Shown here in pieces: positions 62,859 through 64,000 of a stretch of 64,000 nt of DNA. The notes below the pieces were generated by a model, which was given only the letters and a program-made list of their open reading frames with translations, did no database searches and was not told where the DNA came from. This DNA is from an uncultured cyanobacterium (lineage in GTDB: Bacteria > Cyanobacteriota > Cyanobacteriia > PCC-9006 > JAAUQQ01), in NCBI GenBank assembly GCA_963718615.1, contig OY970368.1, positions 832,001 to 896,000 of the forward strand, given 5' to 3'. The translations under genes were made by a program, and so were the position numbers. The number at the start of each line of letters is the position of its first letter. The first letter of the stretch is position 1.

Positions 62859-64000
62859 ATGTATCGCCTTGCTTATCTTTATTGGAATTCCCAACTCCAC
62901 TCGGAGCAACCAGTTTGTCCCTGGGATTTACCTCCGGAGCAGATTTATCTGGATCATGCCTCCTGCGCAGAGGATAGCGATCGCCCTGCCTTTCAGCAAC
63001 TCTTGCAAGCTTGCGATCGCCATCCCCTGGCCCAACTCTGGCTGCAGGATCTACGAGATTTAGGCGAATCTTCAGGGGCGATCGCCCAGCGCCTCACCCA
63101 GCTCGCCCAACGCTCGGTCACGCTAAGTCTCGACACAGCGACAACGGCAGAAACCATCGAGACCCCTCTAACACTGGATCCCCGGCAAGTACAGATTCTC
63201 TTACCGCTGCTGCTCCACACCCAAATTCAGTCCCACGGAGAACAAATTCGCCAGGGCCATGCCCGCAATCGTCAGCAGGCGCTTCCCCCTCCTGGCAAAG
63301 CCCCGCTGGGCTATCGTCGGGGACGCGATCGCTACCGCATCGATCGCAGTACGGCTCCCATCGTCAAAGGTTTTTTTGAACATTTTTTGCTGTACGGATC
63401 CCTGCGGGGAGCCATCCGCCATATTGCCCAAACCTATGGCAAGAAGGTGTCGGTTTCGACCGGACAACGCTGGTTGAGAAATCCAGTTTATCGGGGGGAT
63501 TTACTCTACGGCAGTGGAGACCTGGTGCGGGATACCCATGAAGCCCTCATCACTCGCCTCGAAGCGGCCCAGGTAGATCGAATTCTCAAGCGTAATCGGG
63601 CACTTCCCCCGCGAACAGCGAGTGCTCCGCGATCCCTAGCCGGACTGGTGCGGTGTCAGACTTGCCAGACTCAGTTTTCTGTAGCGCGCGTGGCTTCCCG
63701 ATCCCGTGCGGGACAATCTCGCCAGAAATCGACTCAAAAGGAATATCTGTATCTGCGGCCCCAAGCCTGTTCGCGATCGCCCCGTTGTTCCGCTGTTCGC
63801 TACGATGCCGTTTTGCTGGAAACCGTGCGACTCATTTGTGAGCAACTGCCCCGAGCTACCGCAGCCCTGGGATCGCCAGAGGGGGATCCCCGTCGTCGGG
63901 TATTAGGGGAGGCGATCGCCAAAAAAGAGCAGGCCCTTGGCCAAATCCCGGTGCTGCTGGAGGCCGAAGTTTTAGATGAAGCCAGCGCTCAGCTTCGCCA
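62859..64000 (+). CDS. Conserved cyanobacterial serine-recombinase family protein; runs off the window
   Basis: Translated by hand: MYRLAYLY...IRQGHARNR...PPPGKAPLGYRRGRDRY...FFEHFLLYGSLRGA...WLRNPVYRG...RSLAGLVRCQTC. Confidence 0.88.
   Translation, partial: MYRLAYLYWNSQLHSEQPVCPWDLPPEQIYLDHASCAEDSDRPAFQQLLQACDRHPLAQLWLQDLRDLGESSGAIAQRLTQLAQRSVTLSLDTATTAETIETPLTLDPRQVQILLPLLLHTQIQSHGEQIRQGHARNRQQALPPPGKAPLGYRRGRDRYRIDRSTAPIVKGFFEHFLLYGSLRGAIRHIAQTYGKKVSVSTGQRWLRNPVYRGDLLYGSGDLVRDTHEALITRLEAAQVDRILKRNRALPPRTASAPRSLAGLVRCQTCQTQFSVARVASRSRAGQSRQKSTQKEYLYLRPQACSRSPRCSAVRYDAVLLETVRLICEQLPRATAALGSPEGDPRRRVLGEAIAKKEQALGQIPVLLEAEVLDEASAQLR

Overview
Cyanobacterial chromosome segment, judged from very frequent HIP1 octamers (GCGATCGC) and cyanobacteria-typical genes such as pex, ccb1, ictB, CGLD27, DUF3318 and the conserved serine recombinase. 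Bases 1-8900 are accessory DNA. They hold a serralysin/RTX metalloprotease with a near-perfect 270-bp triplication, followed by an island of toxin-antitoxin and HNH modules separated by six same-strand remnants of the 3' end of one HEAT-repeat gene family. From 8978 onward the window is mostly core genes (carB, rsfS, amidases, lpxD, gcvT, EF-G-like, mtnP, group 2 sigma factor, sbcD, sufE, folE, ictB, trmB) and ends in a Wzx/Wzy-type polysaccharide cluster. The most striking feature is an initiator tRNA-fMet gene split by a 237-nt ORF-less group I intron. An I-Ssp6803I-like PD-(D/E)XK homing endonuclease lies outside the intron, free-standing just downstream, which suggests a 'collaborative homing' arrangement. 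Two genes are split at homopolymer tracts (T6 and G10). All family assignments come from recognising motifs by eye; no database searches were run.
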